Assembly (NCBI GenBank): GCA_965644295.1
Contig: CBFFRP010000125.1
Location: forward strand, 175,005 to 239,004
DNA length: 64,000 bases
From: Paraphysomonas bandaiensis
Taxonomy: Eukaryota; Protista; Chrysophyceae
Reading direction: 5' to 3'
The translations under genes and the position numbers were made by a program. This document shows positions 19,553-32,793 of the stretch, in pieces. How positions within the stretch are numbered: the first letter of the stretch is position 1; every line of letters begins with the position of its first letter. Below the pieces are notes generated by a model, which saw only the letters and a list, made by a program, of their open reading frames with translations, had not been told where the DNA came from and did no database searches.

Positions 19553-21083
19553 ATGGATGAAGAAGAAACGGAGCAGATATGTCAGAGGAAAGTGTTGCCA
19601 AAACGACCACAGCAATCACTTGTTAGACAAGTTGTGAACCTGCTAATGTTGGCAAGAAACGTCTATAGCGTGGACAAGAGGTTGAGAATATGGAAAGAAG
19701 AGTTTGAAAAGTTACAGCTGGGAGAGTTTGACATCCGCCGTATGTATCGCATATTTCGGCAAATAGATATGGACGGTGTTGATTTCGTCAACATAGAAGA
19801 GATGATGATGTTTTTCGGTGTTGAATGCACCACGTTCTCGAAAGAGGTGTTCTCGATACTGAGTGTGGTAGGGGTCTCCACAGTGTGCTCTTTTATTATT
19901 CAAGAATTTAATATAGAACATATGCCGCACTCTGAATTTTCGAGACTTTGTGCTCTGCATTTGGAATTTTCTCTCTCTTAATGATGATGCAATATGTAGG
20001 GTCTAAATGATGTGTTAGTTTTATGTTTGTAATGCCATGCAGATACTTTTGGCTTCGACTTATATGATAAGAATAACAACAATCAGCTAGAGCTTGCAGA
20101 AGTCAAGCGTATGCTTAAAGACCTCTACTCTGATCATTTTGAAACGAGCAAGAGGGCCATGGCGTAAGTTTACTGCCACTGACTTGTCAACTCTATCTAC
20201 CACAAACGATAAATATATTAACAGACTTTATCAGCGGGTGCGACTAAGAGGTGAAAGGATAGGGCCACAAGACAAGAGTTCAACGAATATGCTAGAAGTA
20301 ACCCCGCTCTTTTTTTCCCAGCTTTTGATATGCAGCGAAAGATTCGACAGCAAGTCATCGGTATAGTCTTCTGGAAGAATAAAGCAAGAGTCCGAGCCTT
20401 GAAGTGTGCAGCAGACTCGTGCCCCCGTATCAAGGACCTTCCCGATATCTTTACTCAGAAACATGATAGCTTTGATTTGGAAGTGGATACTACTGTGACT
20501 GAAAATTCTCTCTGCCAGAATTCGGGGAAAGGTTCTGTGAGGGGAGGGTCAGAGCCACCCGTCTATCCGAAGGGTTCACCGGAATAGTGAGCACATTAAT
20601 AGTGTGCGAAATATCTGTTCTAACTGAGATAACATACAGCCATGATATGCTGGAGGAACTGCTCACCCGCAAGATATCGAAGCAAAGTATTAAACTGGAG
20701 CCGCTTCCTCTTTCAGTACTCGACCCACTCCAGGCGGCCCAAATGTCTGGTACGTTTACTGTATATATATCGCCACCATTGTACAGTACCGTAAACGCTA
20801 GTTATTTTTACCTACAGTAAAGACACATTCCTTGCCGAGTACTAAGGATGCAGAGGTCACTGGAAAGAGTCCTATGAAATCTAAGATAAGCTTGAAGCTA
20901 TCGAATATCTCAGGAAAGTCACCTGAATCTAATATGTATCAAAGGAGGGGGCGCCGTGCGACAATAAGTGCCCTTATGGAAAATAGAAGGCGTATAGCTC
21001 CGGAATCTGAAAACGATGTTAAGCGATTGGAAACTACAAAATTTTCTGCAACAGAAAAGAAACGTCGTCGCAGTGTCTCATAA
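19553..21083 (+). CDS. EF-hand calcium-binding protein, multi-exon
   Basis: IFRQIDMDGVDFVNIEE and FGFDLYDKNNNNQLELAEVKRMLK loops; GT-AG introns; basic Ser-rich tail. Confidence 0.7.
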
Positions 21084-21184
21084 TTCCATTATTTTACTGT
21101 TACAGTATTTGGTGGTTGTGAATGTGGTTATATGTCCCAGGCTAGCTATACCAGTCATGCAAGCCATACATGTGAGTACGTGGT

Positions 21185-21275
21185 TTACTTATTCCGTTTT
21201 ACCACTGACAATTCTAGATTTAATTATTTGTAGATATATGTATACTGCATAAGGGTTAGCATATACTTTAACCGA
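21185..21275 (+). repeat. ~90-bp dispersed repeat, second copy at 27831-27925
   Basis: Both copies read ttacttattccgttttaccactgacaattctagatttaa.tatttgtagatatatgtatac. Confidence 0.8.
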
Positions 21276-22132
21276 TAGTATCCCATTACTAATGAATTGG
21301 ACATCGGATGTAAATCCATTATCTTTAACATGTACATCACAGCAAATAAGTTCCTTCTTAACAGCGGCTCTTCGCTCACTTGTTGATGAAAAAATATTAT
21401 GATTTACTTCACTCAGCAGTGTGTAGTGGCAATACAGGCAGCTCTCTTGACGTATTAGCAGTTATAATATGTGAAGAGTCTGGAGAAGTTCGATAAACAC
21501 ATCAGATATCTGGTCTATTGTCTATTCTAAGTGAAATACATAAACATTACTCACTGCACACTTCTACTACAAAGATTTTTTACTTATACATACAGGTTAT
21601 GAGGAAATATTGCTTATTCAACCTAGTCAATTTGGTGTAATTTCGTTTTCACCTAGCCATTTAATAATTCATACGTTGCTACTAAAGCCTATAGCTTATA
21701 AGTATCCACTATCTACGTCCATCGTCAGATCTATTCGTAGTACAATTGCGGTGGATGCGATACGCGATACATGACTTGCCTTTGGTTGCACAGTTGAGAA
21801 CAAAGTGTCGTTTTCAGTATTACGTATAACACGAATTGCGAAACACTGACTTCAAGACATAAAAGTAAGAAGTGAAAAAGTACTTATTACAACCAAATAC
21901 AGTACATCAGAAAGCATGACACTATCGAATCATGCGTATATAGTTGGCTGCACTGATATACAGGTCAGCATGTTTGATATATTAAACTTCAACGCGCGTT
22001 CATAAATCACTACACACGCCTGATAAACATTTATAGTACATATATTGTGATATGTATACCGTCAAAACAATACTGAACAGTCATACTTCATCTCTAGAAA
22101 GCTACCAGTAATATAAGATAAAATCGAAAGCA

Positions 22133-24641
22133 TCATACAGCAGTAAAAGGATAGACATTCAACTGCGGCAATGCTGAGTCGTTTTCGTCAGGAAGCGATA
22201 CAACAGGAGTCATTTGATGATTAGAACGAGGGGGTCCAATAGCAATACGGCTGGCTTTCGACCGCGAGCTAATTCCTCCTTTTGGTTTAACGAAGTATCG
22301 ATTCTTAATATTGTACACATCTGAAACATATTTATCATTAACGTTTAAGGAAGGTGCTAAATTCAATACGCACCTATCAATACACATTCTATGTCGCGTT
22401 GATTCACACGCGGTGGTCCACAATCAGGCCACAACACAACAGAATCACCACCAGACACCAAGAACCGGTTGTTCGTATCAACATAATGAATATCGGACAA
22501 AAGAACGATCACTCCAATGAAATTCAATTTTCGAAGACGGGTAACGAGGACGTGAGCTCTCTGTGGAGACAGCTCCCGGTGAATGAATACGATATCATAT
22601 GGCTCATGGGAGTTAATGGATTCCTTCACCTCCTCCAGAAGCTGCGCTTCGGAGTAGCAGTCAACAATGTCATTCACAGTACTGCGCATGGTATCTCGCA
22701 AGAAAGTGGCATTGTCATCCCCACAAGGACATCCAATTAGCACTCTATCAAGCCCCACATCCTCCAACTTCTCCACACCAACATTCTCCGAAATTAGGTT
22801 AGAAAACTTACCAGTGTTTTTACATACATGTGCACTACTTTCCCAGATCCGACTATCCCTCTGATGATGCATAGACTGATCGGTGCCTACAATAGGTATA
22901 TCCAATGCAAAAGTGCACCCCGGTCCTTCTCTAGGTAGGACATCCAAGGTCCCGCCGTTAAGTTCGACAATGATCCGTGACACTGACATATATTTTCAGT
23001 TAGTAAATAGTACAGATGCAATACAGCAGGTGCCACTTACTCCATAGATCCACCCGGGAACAATGTCTTGTAATCATGGGGGTGTGGTTGTGCTTAGAAT
23101 ATTGCTGCAACCGCTGGAATTCTTTCTGAAGACAGGACGAAAAATTAGCAAACAGCGCAAAATAGATGTTAGCTCTCCACTCACCTTAGGCATTCCAGGG
23201 CCAGAGTCATGCAATTCGATGCGCACAACACCCAGTTGACAGTGGGCACTGGCAGGAGGAAGAGTGCGTACTAACACATTGACCAGCCCGCCCCTAGGTG
23301 TACTCTCAACTACCGTAGAAGTGAGATTTCTAAGCACTTGAACAATCTTGCACTCATCCACTTCCACGCATTGTGTCAGAGAGTTCTTATTGACGCCGTC
23401 CTCACCTTCGTATGACAAGGTAATGCCACTCTTACTCGCCTGCACACACGAATTAGAGTGCATTCCCTACTCTGGTAGCCGCCTTACAATGAATGAAATA
23501 GGTTCCATTGCGTGTTGCACAAGATTTTCTACTCGCATTATTGTCTTGTTACAACCAATTTTGTTGTCTTCAATGTCACTGATCAATAACATGTCATCCA
23601 GAACTTGGTCGGCGACGGCACAGGAATTCATGAGATCGGAGAACATACGCTCTAGCTCCGACCCACTGTAGACATGACGGCCAATATTGCGAGCAACATC
23701 AAGCCCCATGTGTATAGTTCCTAAAGACGCGCGAACTTCCCTTGAAAGAAACCGTACAAACCCCTGTTTGATCTCGAAAATGTGCTGCACAAATTGTGAG
23801 AGTAGCGAAAGAAAAATAAATATCGCATGCATACCTTTGAGAGGGTCAAATCATGCCTCGCAATGTGCGACGGAATCACCGCAGCGACAACTCCCATACC
23901 AACATCACAAAGATTGAACACACCGTACATTACCAGCACATCGCTACCAGAGTCCAGTACACCTGGGCCCTGGACGAGAACCTTAGCCAAACTCTTTCCA
24001 ATCATCCCCAGCACCATCAGCAGTGAATAGTAGTGTGCATATTTGCTGCTACCTTTGAGAAATTTCAAGCTTTTTTCCCTCCAAGCCAAGCAATTAACTT
24101 TGTATACTATGACAAGAACCATAACTGTCGACAATAAGGTGATGGCGGCAGATATACGATGAGCTACATTCGGTACATTGTCAGTTACAAGACACCACAA
24201 TCTAACATTCGTGTCAGCGCCAAATAGTATTAATATTGTAGTATACAGGCGACTATAAGTCAAAGTGAAGTGCTCCTTATTGTGAAACATGTGACTCATT
24301 AGTGCTGCACGCAGTAACAGCTCCCGCATAAATGCGCTGCATACTAGTAGTATAGACGATGATCGGAAGAAGATAATCAAATTGGGAATAACGAGAGTGA
24401 AAATATGAACACATCGCGGAAGTAAAACAGAGAAAGGTAGATTAATATCAAGAGCCATATCGAGAGCAATGGGGAGAGTCACAGACATTGCCACAATACT
24501 AGTCTCAATCGCGAACTCGTAGCCCGCATAAGAGTGAAGCGGCTCCACTTCATAACCCAAAAAATAAGGGAACAGGCAGCAGAAAGAAGCCACCGCGGAG
24601 ATCAATAAAAAGACGCATAAACTTTTCCCTTCACGGCTCAT
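22133..24641 (-). CDS. Membrane-bound hybrid histidine kinase-like protein with degenerate catalytic motifs
   Basis: Multi-TM N-terminus; HisKA-like FVRFLSREVRASL; HATPase-like KIVQVLRNL..HDSGPGM..IIVELNGGTLDV..EGPGCTFALDIP; receiver-like YDIVFIH..LRKLNFIGVIV. Confidence 0.8.
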
Positions 24642-25198
24642 GATATGAAAGTTCTCTTTGGTAAGTTGGTAAGCAGCTCCTACAGCTGATATCCGTGAAA
24701 TATCTCCTTGGAACTGTCTCTGTTTATATGAAGAGACCAAAACGGCGATAGGTGCGGCTATTCACGATGACCATTCACTGTTTATGAAGGAATTCCAACT
24801 AAGGTGCACATTGGGTCGTAAAATGACCATTCATACAAGTAACAATTTGTAATATTTTCATAACAAAATACGTGAAACCTAATGGCACCCTCCACCCTGC
24901 TGTCCCCCACACTATCGTTGTATCAGTATTCCCCTAAAAAAAACATATTTCCAGTCGGCGCCGTTTTTTATAAAAAGTCCAGAAATGTCGTTCTGAACTC
25001 TCTTTTTTTTATCTCGTTTCAGTGACATTGAAATACTATTAACACAAGCAACACTTGAACTGACCCGACACTGGACACTTATCATTCTATGGCAATCATG
25101 GACCGCTGGACACGAATATGCAATCAGATTTTCATTTCATATACTGCTTCTTTCAATATCGCAAGGTTTCCTATATCGTTCCAATTCATCGAGTACCC

Positions 25199-26170
25199 TC
25201 CTTCAATAACTACACACCGAAACAACTAACACATACAACGCCATGTCCCTCGTATGCACGAGTGTTCATATCATAAAGACTCCTCTCCACTCATCCATAC
25301 TACTTCTGCTTTCAACCAGCAATATGAGGTGAACAACTGTGTCGGCAGTGGCACTGGGTGTCCATCCGCTGTGCTCCGTACAGCCTTCACTTACACTTTA
25401 AACTGGTAAGAATGGAGAGAATTAGAGGCATTGACTCTATGTGATGTGGTATGTGTTTTCTTATGAAGGGTCGGGAATGTTAATACTCTGTCTATCATGT
25501 ATATATTATATATATAACCTCACAATAGCGGACTGATTCCTTATGCCATAGAATGACTCTGGGTAGAGAATCTACATCGAAAATTATTTACTCTCCTCCA
25601 ATACAGCTTGAGTAATGTCTCTGGCTTGTTGAAAGTAACCTATTGGCGTATGTTTGTTTCGTTGCGTGCTCTACGTGGAGTGTAGAATCACTCCACTATC
25701 GCCCTATAGGAATTGCCATTTGATCCCCATGGCTTTTCCGGGACGCAAAACCTTTCACAGAGATTGTCACGTTTGCTTGTTGACTACATATCATGTACAG
25801 TAGGTTCACGATGCAACTTGTATTTATGTTAGTCCTGCCTTGTATAATATAGGTTCTTGATTAATTGTGTAACGTTTCCGTGTGCCTTATATATAATATC
25901 TAATTAAGATAGTTTCATCCTACCTTTGTTTGTATTTAAAAATCAGATATCCACGAATTGAAGAAGAAACACACTATATTCTACCATATTATTATTTCAT
26001 TATTTGCTTCATACTTCACAACGTGTATTACATTACATACCACTGAGAGTATTAATGTCCAATATAGTGAAATGAGTGGAGAGGAGTCTTTATGATATGA
26101 ACACTCCTCGTGCATACGAGGGACATGGCGTTGTATGTGTTAGTTGATTCGGTGTGTAGTTATTGAAGGA
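25199..26170. repeat. ~97-bp near-perfect inverted repeat (25199-25294 / 26072-26170) around a ~780-bp spacer
   Basis: tccttcaataactacacaccg..actcctctccactcat and its reverse complement; no TSD seen. Confidence 0.85.
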
Positions 26171-26412
26171 ATTAGTGTTTGTTAAGGTAGTTTATTGACG
26201 TGTATCAATGGTTATGTAGGACTGTTTTTAGGTTTGTGGTGGCCCCGATTCTTCAGGCGTGTGCTATAGGTATACTACGTACTGTGTATGTAGAGTAGAC
26301 AACAACAAAAAAATCTCCTGATCATACGGTACATGACAGAGATCTACTTTGAGGGGATCTCCAAGTGGAGTGAATGGGGCAAGTGAAACTAAGCAGTGCA
26401 TATATGATAAGG

Positions 26413-27330
26413 CATCGGTGGGCCATATTAGGTACCTATAGGTACTTCGAACTACCTATTAGGTACATACCTATTAGGTACCTACCTGTAGGTATTCCTA
26501 GCGACCCTACCTATAGGTAGGTGCCTATGTCTCACCACCTATAGGTACCATAAAATCATACCTATAGGTACCTCGGCCCTAGGCATTACCTATAGGTTAG
26601 TTGTCATCTACCTATAGGTCTTAGCGCACGTTAACTATAGGGACCACAACACCATACCTATAGGTACCTCAGCCCTAGGTATTACCTATAGGTTAATTGT
26701 CATCTACCTATAGGTAGCAATGTCAAGAATAGGTAGTACTTATAGGTACCGAGAAGTACCTACTAGGAACTTTTTTAGTACCTATAGGACACGTATAGGT
26801 CGTACCTGTAGGTCCGTATTAGGAACTTGTTTGTACCTATAGGTCGAACGGAAGTGGTTGCACCTTGGTGCTTGCGGCGACGCACAAGCAGCTTTCGTAG
26901 CGTTAAATAGTAGGATAAAAGAGTTTGTATTGATTAGTTACGGGTAGTGGTCTAACTAGTATGACTAGCATTCTTCTAGCCACTAATTGATGCAAGGTCT
27001 CAACGCCTATTGCTAAATAATCAGACATTCACTATGTACCTATAGGTCACTATTAGGAACTTGCTTAGTACATATAGGTCAAAAAGGTAGTGCCTAATAG
27101 GGGTTCCTAATGCAATTATTAGGTACCAAGAAATAGGACCCACCTATAGCTGGTCTTGCCACCTATAGGTGGCCTATCTGAAGCTGGTATAGGTGCTATC
27201 TATTGGGCTAAAATGTACCTATAGGTACTAGGCAAGTTCCTAATAGGTACCAGGAGATTTAATTAATAAAGTACCTATAGGTCTCCTATAGGTACCTACC
27301 TATAGGTACTTTTTCTGAGGTCCACCGATG
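26413..27330. mobile_element. MITE built largely of ACCTATAGGT palindromes
   Basis: TIR CATCGGTGG(g)CC / GG(t)CCACCGATG; 4-bp duplication AAGG at 26409-26412 and 27331-27334; dense CCTATAGG motifs. Confidence 0.85.
26846..27034 (+). mobile_element. 5'-truncated retrocopy of the LINE 3' tail nested in the MITE
   Basis: Near-identical to the reverse complement of 58851-59039; 14-bp TSD TGTACCTATAGGTC (26832-26845, 27035-27048). Confidence 0.9.
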
Positions 27331-28066
27331 AAGGGAAGCTTAACGTACTCTCTTTGCACATATATAAATGCTGGCCGAAGCTAGGTGAATTAAATAGTAG
27401 CCGCTGAATTGACGAAGGAAGATTGAGCATTATGTGACTTAGGTAGTGTCGCAATTATTGTGTATTAATGAAGCTTGTCCCATTGTGAGAGTATATTGTT
27501 AGAAAAAGACTGGTCAGTAAACTCTTGTGCTCATTCTGCGCTGTCACCTGCCCACAGAAATGCTGAAACTTTTTACTGTATTTTCTTTTCTACTGATAGC
27601 GCTAGAGTAGTGTGCATACATGTAAAGTTGATGAACTGTCACTCAAATCCCATTCAGTACACACCTTGAATACAGCAGTCGCAATACGCTCATCAAGGTA
27701 CTTTCAATGTATGAAATAATGTGTAGAGAGGTAGTAATATAACTATTATCACAATTTCTTTGCTAACTACACTTAGTAAGTACTAACTACGTGCTAACAT
27801 GCGCTGCTAAATAGGTTTAAGACGTAATGATTACTTATTCCGTTTTACCACTGACAATTCTAGATTTAAATATTTGTAGATATATGTATACAGCATTCGG
27901 GTTAGTATACACTTTAGCAGATAAAATATTCATCGCAAAACCTAAATGTGACACATTACTTCTTAGTTTTTATTGTCATGTACTTTATAGAAACAAATAA
28001 TACAATAAGAAATCGTGTTATGCACGAAACGAATAGCCAAGTCATCCACTACTTCTATATACGTCA

Positions 28067-28819
28067 CTACGGCGTGGGATTACTTTCTGAGTCTTCGGAA
28101 AGAGCAGCATAGTTAGGAAGTGAGTCTCCGCTGATTATAGTTGTGCCATTCGGCTTCCCTGCAAATAGTGCTGCAAGTGTTCCACAAAGAAACGACAATG
28201 AACCCACAACAAAGAGAGTGACAGCAAACTCGTGATACAAATTCGGTATAAAGTATATGCACCCCACGATAAATAAAATTGAACCGGTGATGTAAGCAAA
28301 TACCACAAACACATTAGCACAAAACTGAGTCCAGGTAATACGCTTTCGTTGTCGTAAATGATAAGCATTGAGTATATTATATAGTGGGGCGAACACGAGC
28401 AATACTGATCCTATCACAAAGCTCGCGATGCCTTCAGCCATGCCATCAATTTTAATCACTGCAGGAATAAAAAATACCGAACCAATAATATAAAACAGAT
28501 CCGCTACGATATAAATACATGCATTGCAGATAGCTCTACCACGTTCGTTGTCTCTATAGCTTCTTCCGAGTGACATGATGGATGCAACTAGCCAGAGCGA
28601 CGATCCAAGCAAAAAAAGTAACGCTCCCCACATGGGACAATGCCACTTGTAGCATGAACTACGAAGTCTTGGGTAGAAACATATAGATCCGAACACGAAA
28701 ACACATGCTCCCCAAACTCTAAGTATAGATATGATGATATCCATTGACTGTGAGAGCAACCCTACAGACAATTGACTTCCTTTGAACGCAAGTCTTCGAT
28801 CGTTATAATCTTCGCTCAT
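28067..28819 (-). CDS. Multi-pass membrane protein with repeated YrhK-like units
   Basis: Three repeats of F(V/I)xGS(I/V)xF-x-P....LFxxGSxxF in a single-exon ORF; first ATG at 28819. Confidence 0.7.
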   Translation of the reverse strand: MSEDYNDRRLAFKGSQLSVGLLSQSMDIIISILRVWGACVFVFGSICFYPRLRSSCYKWHCPMWGALLFLLGSSLWLVASIMSLGRSYRDNERGRAICNACIYIVADLFYIIGSVFFIPAVIKIDGMAEGIASFVIGSVLLVFAPLYNILNAYHLRQRKRITWTQFCANVFVVFAYITGSILFIVGCIYFIPNLYHEFAVTLFVVGSLSFLCGTLAALFAGKPNGTTIISGDSLPNYAALSEDSESNPTP

Positions 28820-29147
28820 CGTGAGGACATTGTACTGTAGAAAATACACTGCTATTACATGAACACTAAGATGTCAACTGGTGAATTTCCAAAACTATGC
28901 ACTTGATCCAAGCAGAGATGTTGATGCAATGATGAGAAAGACCATCCACTCATGCCAGTCGTTCGCTCATTCACAAAGTATACAGCGTTGTACAGTAGGG
29001 TATACGGTGGTCACTGTGACCTTGTAGCTTGACAGTTCAGGCAGCTAGCTATGAAATACCTGCCGGTCATATCCCTCACTGATTAAGTATATAACATAAC
29101 GGCAAGACCATTCTGCATACAACTCCTCACATTTTTTAAAAAGAGGG

Positions 29148-30810
29148 ATGAAAACAAAGCCCCCAGATCCAGACACTGTATCTAATCCTCTCCACTCGCT
29201 CAGTGATGGTGATGCGTGTGGGGAGGAGAGGACGCTTGATGATGTGCTAGAGAGCCTACCGTTAGGGTGGTACCACTACAGACTACTCATCATATGTGGT
29301 CTTTCTTTTATGGCAGACGGTATGGAAGTGTCTTTGCTCAGTTTCATATCCACCTGTGCGGGCATAGAGTGGGGTCTAGGGGACAGTGAGAGGGCGCTCA
29401 TAACGAGTATAGTGTTTGCGGGGGAACTCATTGGAAGCATATGTTTTGGTCCAATAGCGGATAACTTTGGCCGACGCGTGGCGTTTATGATAGGTTGTAG
29501 CTTGATAACGGTGCTAGGTATCATGAGCGGGATGTCTCCCAATTATACCTTTCTGCTAGTGTGTCGAGCTATCGTCGGATTTGGTGTAGGTGGTGTTACC
29601 GTTCCTTTTGACCTATTAGCAGAGTTCCTTCCGAACCAGCACAGAGGAAGGTTTTTGATTTATATCGAGGCATTGCTTTCTAGATATGCTGTATCTGGTT
29701 CTGACATGTAATATCAGGCGTTTTGGACATTCGGTTCGATGTTCGTAGCAGCAGCAGCATGGATTTTTCTCCCTACGGGAGGTTGGCGAATGCTCACCCT
29801 TATCACTGCCATTCCCGTGACGTTGTCCTGCATCGCTGCCATATTGTACCTTCCAGAGAGTCCTCGTTGGCTCGTTGTGCGAGGGAAGACAGAGCGTGCG
29901 GCTGAAATTGTTCGACATGCGGCGGCTGTCAATTGCATATCCCTTCCTCCATTCAGGCTCAAGGGAGACTCAGTGCCGGAGGAGTACGTTCCACTGACAT
30001 CTTTTTTAAAACCGGATCAGCGGTCCCTTTCCATTCCTTTGTGGACAGTGTGGGCATGCTTCGGGTTTACGTGAGTAACTCATACTTTACAGTAACGACA
30101 TATTTAATTGTGATAATAGGTATTACGGCGTTATTATGTTTGTGGCTCGAATTTTTGGTTCTTCAGAAAGCTCTTCAAGCTGTGAATTCAATTACCAGGC
30201 TATATTCGTATCAGCAGCCTCGGAATTAGGGGGGGTGATATTGACCGCTCTACTTATTGACAGGTGTGGACGGGTGGGAACGCAGGCGGGTATGTACGCC
30301 GTCGCTGGTGCGGGTATGCTCTGCATGGGCATCACAATGCCACCACCTCCCCTATCTGTGTTTTCAATCCTGGCTCGGTTGGCGATCATGGGTGCCTCGT
30401 CAGCTACCTGGGTGGCTACTCCTGAGCTTTTCCCGACGCACCTAAGGGCTACTGGGCATGCAGTAGCTAGTAGCGTGGCACGGGTTGGTGCATTTCTTGC
30501 CCCGTTTTTAGTCGACCATGATGCCGCCCCGAATATCTTGATAGGTGCTATACTAGCCGGTGTCAATATTATCGCCATGTTATCAACTTTCATGCTTCCA
30601 GAGACTTCTGGAAAACACTTGGATGATACAAAGATGACTAAGCGCAATGCCGAGAAGCCTCAGCGGCTAATCGACAAGGCAAATGCTAGAGTCATATTTG
30701 CTATAGAGAGTAGCGAACACAGCGCAGTATCGCAGGAGGGTCATAGTACATGTGAAAACGCCGACATTGAAGAAATTTCGTCGAATGAAGCGTATCGCGA
30801 TAGTGGTTAA
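29148..30810 (+). CDS. MFS transporter, SVOP/organic cation-like; 2 introns
   Basis: GLSFMADGMEV, IADNFGRR, AEFLP..RG, LPESPRWL, IDRCGR, TPELFPTHLRATG, LPETSG. Confidence 0.92.
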
Positions 30811-31525
30811 TTGTGATATATTTATGTGTACATTTTACCGCTATGAGATTTTTAATGCGTAAAAATGTCTTTATGGCTCTTTCAATTGTATAATACGACA
30901 TTTGATGTTATATGCAGTAATAAATAGAGAGTAAATGACGATCCTAGGGCCAAACCTACTCAAATTGCTTAATTGTTTACTTGCAGTAATAGGAATATTG
31001 GACGCCTTTGTTACGGAATCGTAAATAATAAAATATCGTATGTAACTGGGAAATAAATATAATCACTTATGCCAGGAGAGATTGGTAAGTACTTATGAAC
31101 ATGACTTCTTCACTCGTGAAAGCCAATGAAGTCATCGAAGTCATTCAGTAGAGCGAATGAAGCGTATCGCGATAGTGGTCAATAGTGATATATTTATGTG
31201 TACATTTTACCGCTATGAAATTTTTTATGCGTAAAAATGTCTTTATGGCTCTTTCAATTGTATAATACGACATTTGATGTTATATGCAGTAATAAATAGA
31301 GAGTAAATGACGATCCTAGGGCCAAACCTACTCAAATTGCTTAATTGTTTACTTGCAGTAATAGGAATATTGGACGCCTTTGTTACGGAATCGTAAATAA
31401 TAAAATATCGTATGTAACTGGGAAATAAATATAATCACTTATGCCAGGAGAGATTGGTAAGTACTTATGAACATGACTTCTTCACTCGTGAAAGCCAATG
31501 AAGTCATCGAAGTCATTCAGTAGAG
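30782..31525 (+). repeat. 372-bp tandem duplication of the MFS stop codon and 3' flank
   Basis: Units 30782-31153 and 31154-31525 differ at only a few positions. Confidence 0.95.
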
Positions 31526-32349
31526 AAGTGAAGGAAGATGAGCGCCATCACTCATACCTCATAGCATATAAAGAACTCCAGATTCGAGATGTCTTGTAGA
31601 TCATAGAGTGAGTAATACCCACAACTTCATTTATTAGAATATGGATCTTATTCTATTATATTTAGTATGTCACTTGAAGACAATGTACGAGAATACAGTG
31701 AAATATCCATAGTGATGTACAAATGCTGTGAGAAGTGAGAAATAGTTTGAGAAACTGAAATAGTTTGATCTTTCAAGATATGTTTAGTAACGAGGGGTTC
31801 ACATAGTATGGAGGACATTATGCATGGAACTAAATGAGTTTGTGTTGTTTATTACAACTTCATGTAAACGATATTAATAAATCTATCTAGTCTAACGATA
31901 AATTCTCTCTGAGATCTAGTTAAGAATGAGCAATTTCCAACATCATGGACCCCCTCCTCCCCATAGCACTCACAGGGGACCCATCGCTATATATTTGTAA
32001 GACTTGTAAGACTTGTAAGCTATAGATAGGCTCGATAGTCATACACCTACTCCTGTGTTAAGTAGATATGTATATAATATGAGCTTATTGTTATGTTTGA
32101 ATGCTTTTTTTAATGCTCTGGTGTCATATGGTATCTTAGACAGTCACAGTGTATTCAATGATATAAGAACGACAAGATTGAATCAAAATTGACTAGGTTG
32201 CGTCATTTATTACCAAAAATAGTGTGACTGGGTAACTCAACCAACTAAACTAGGTTGAATAATATATCCCTTATATATTACTATACACTATACTCTTCAT
32301 CGCTGCGTTGCCCATCAGGTAAAACTGGAATATCATCTATAAGTTCAGA

Positions 32350-32646
32350 AGTCAGGTACCTACAGGTCTTTTGTCTTCTATCTGGCAACGAGAAACACTA
32401 CCTATAGACAGTGCCTAAGCCTTCGATACCTATAGGTGGGACTTGAGGTACCTATAGGTCTATAGGTAGTAGGTAGGCCCCTAACTTTTATCACCTATAG
32501 GCAGGGTAGCTAGGTATTATACCTATATACTTATAGGTGGTGACAGCTAAGCATCTACCTATAGGTAGGGTCATTAGTCATTACTATAGGTGGGTACCTA
32601 TAGGTAGGTAGAGAGACCTATAGGTACCGAATTCGCCCCACCGATG
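32350..32646 (-). mobile_element. Truncated inverted copy of the ACCTATAGGT MITE
   Basis: Reverse complement begins CATCGGTGGGGC..GGTACCTATAGG, colinear with the 26413 end; other terminus not seen. Confidence 0.75.
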
Positions 32647-32793
32647 CAATGCCGAACAAGCTTTCTACAAACGACGTTACAGTATTGGATAGGAGAGGAA
32701 TTAGAAAATACGACACATAAGTTATTGTTCTATACAGATTTCTGCTAGCAGATATGAGACTAGAGGTACTACGATATAAACAAGGCTGGTAGG

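Noticed and set aside
26413-27330. CRISPR-like array of palindromic repeats
   Set aside because: Repeats are ~10 bp, irregularly spaced and bounded by TIR/TSD; eukaryotic context and no cas genes
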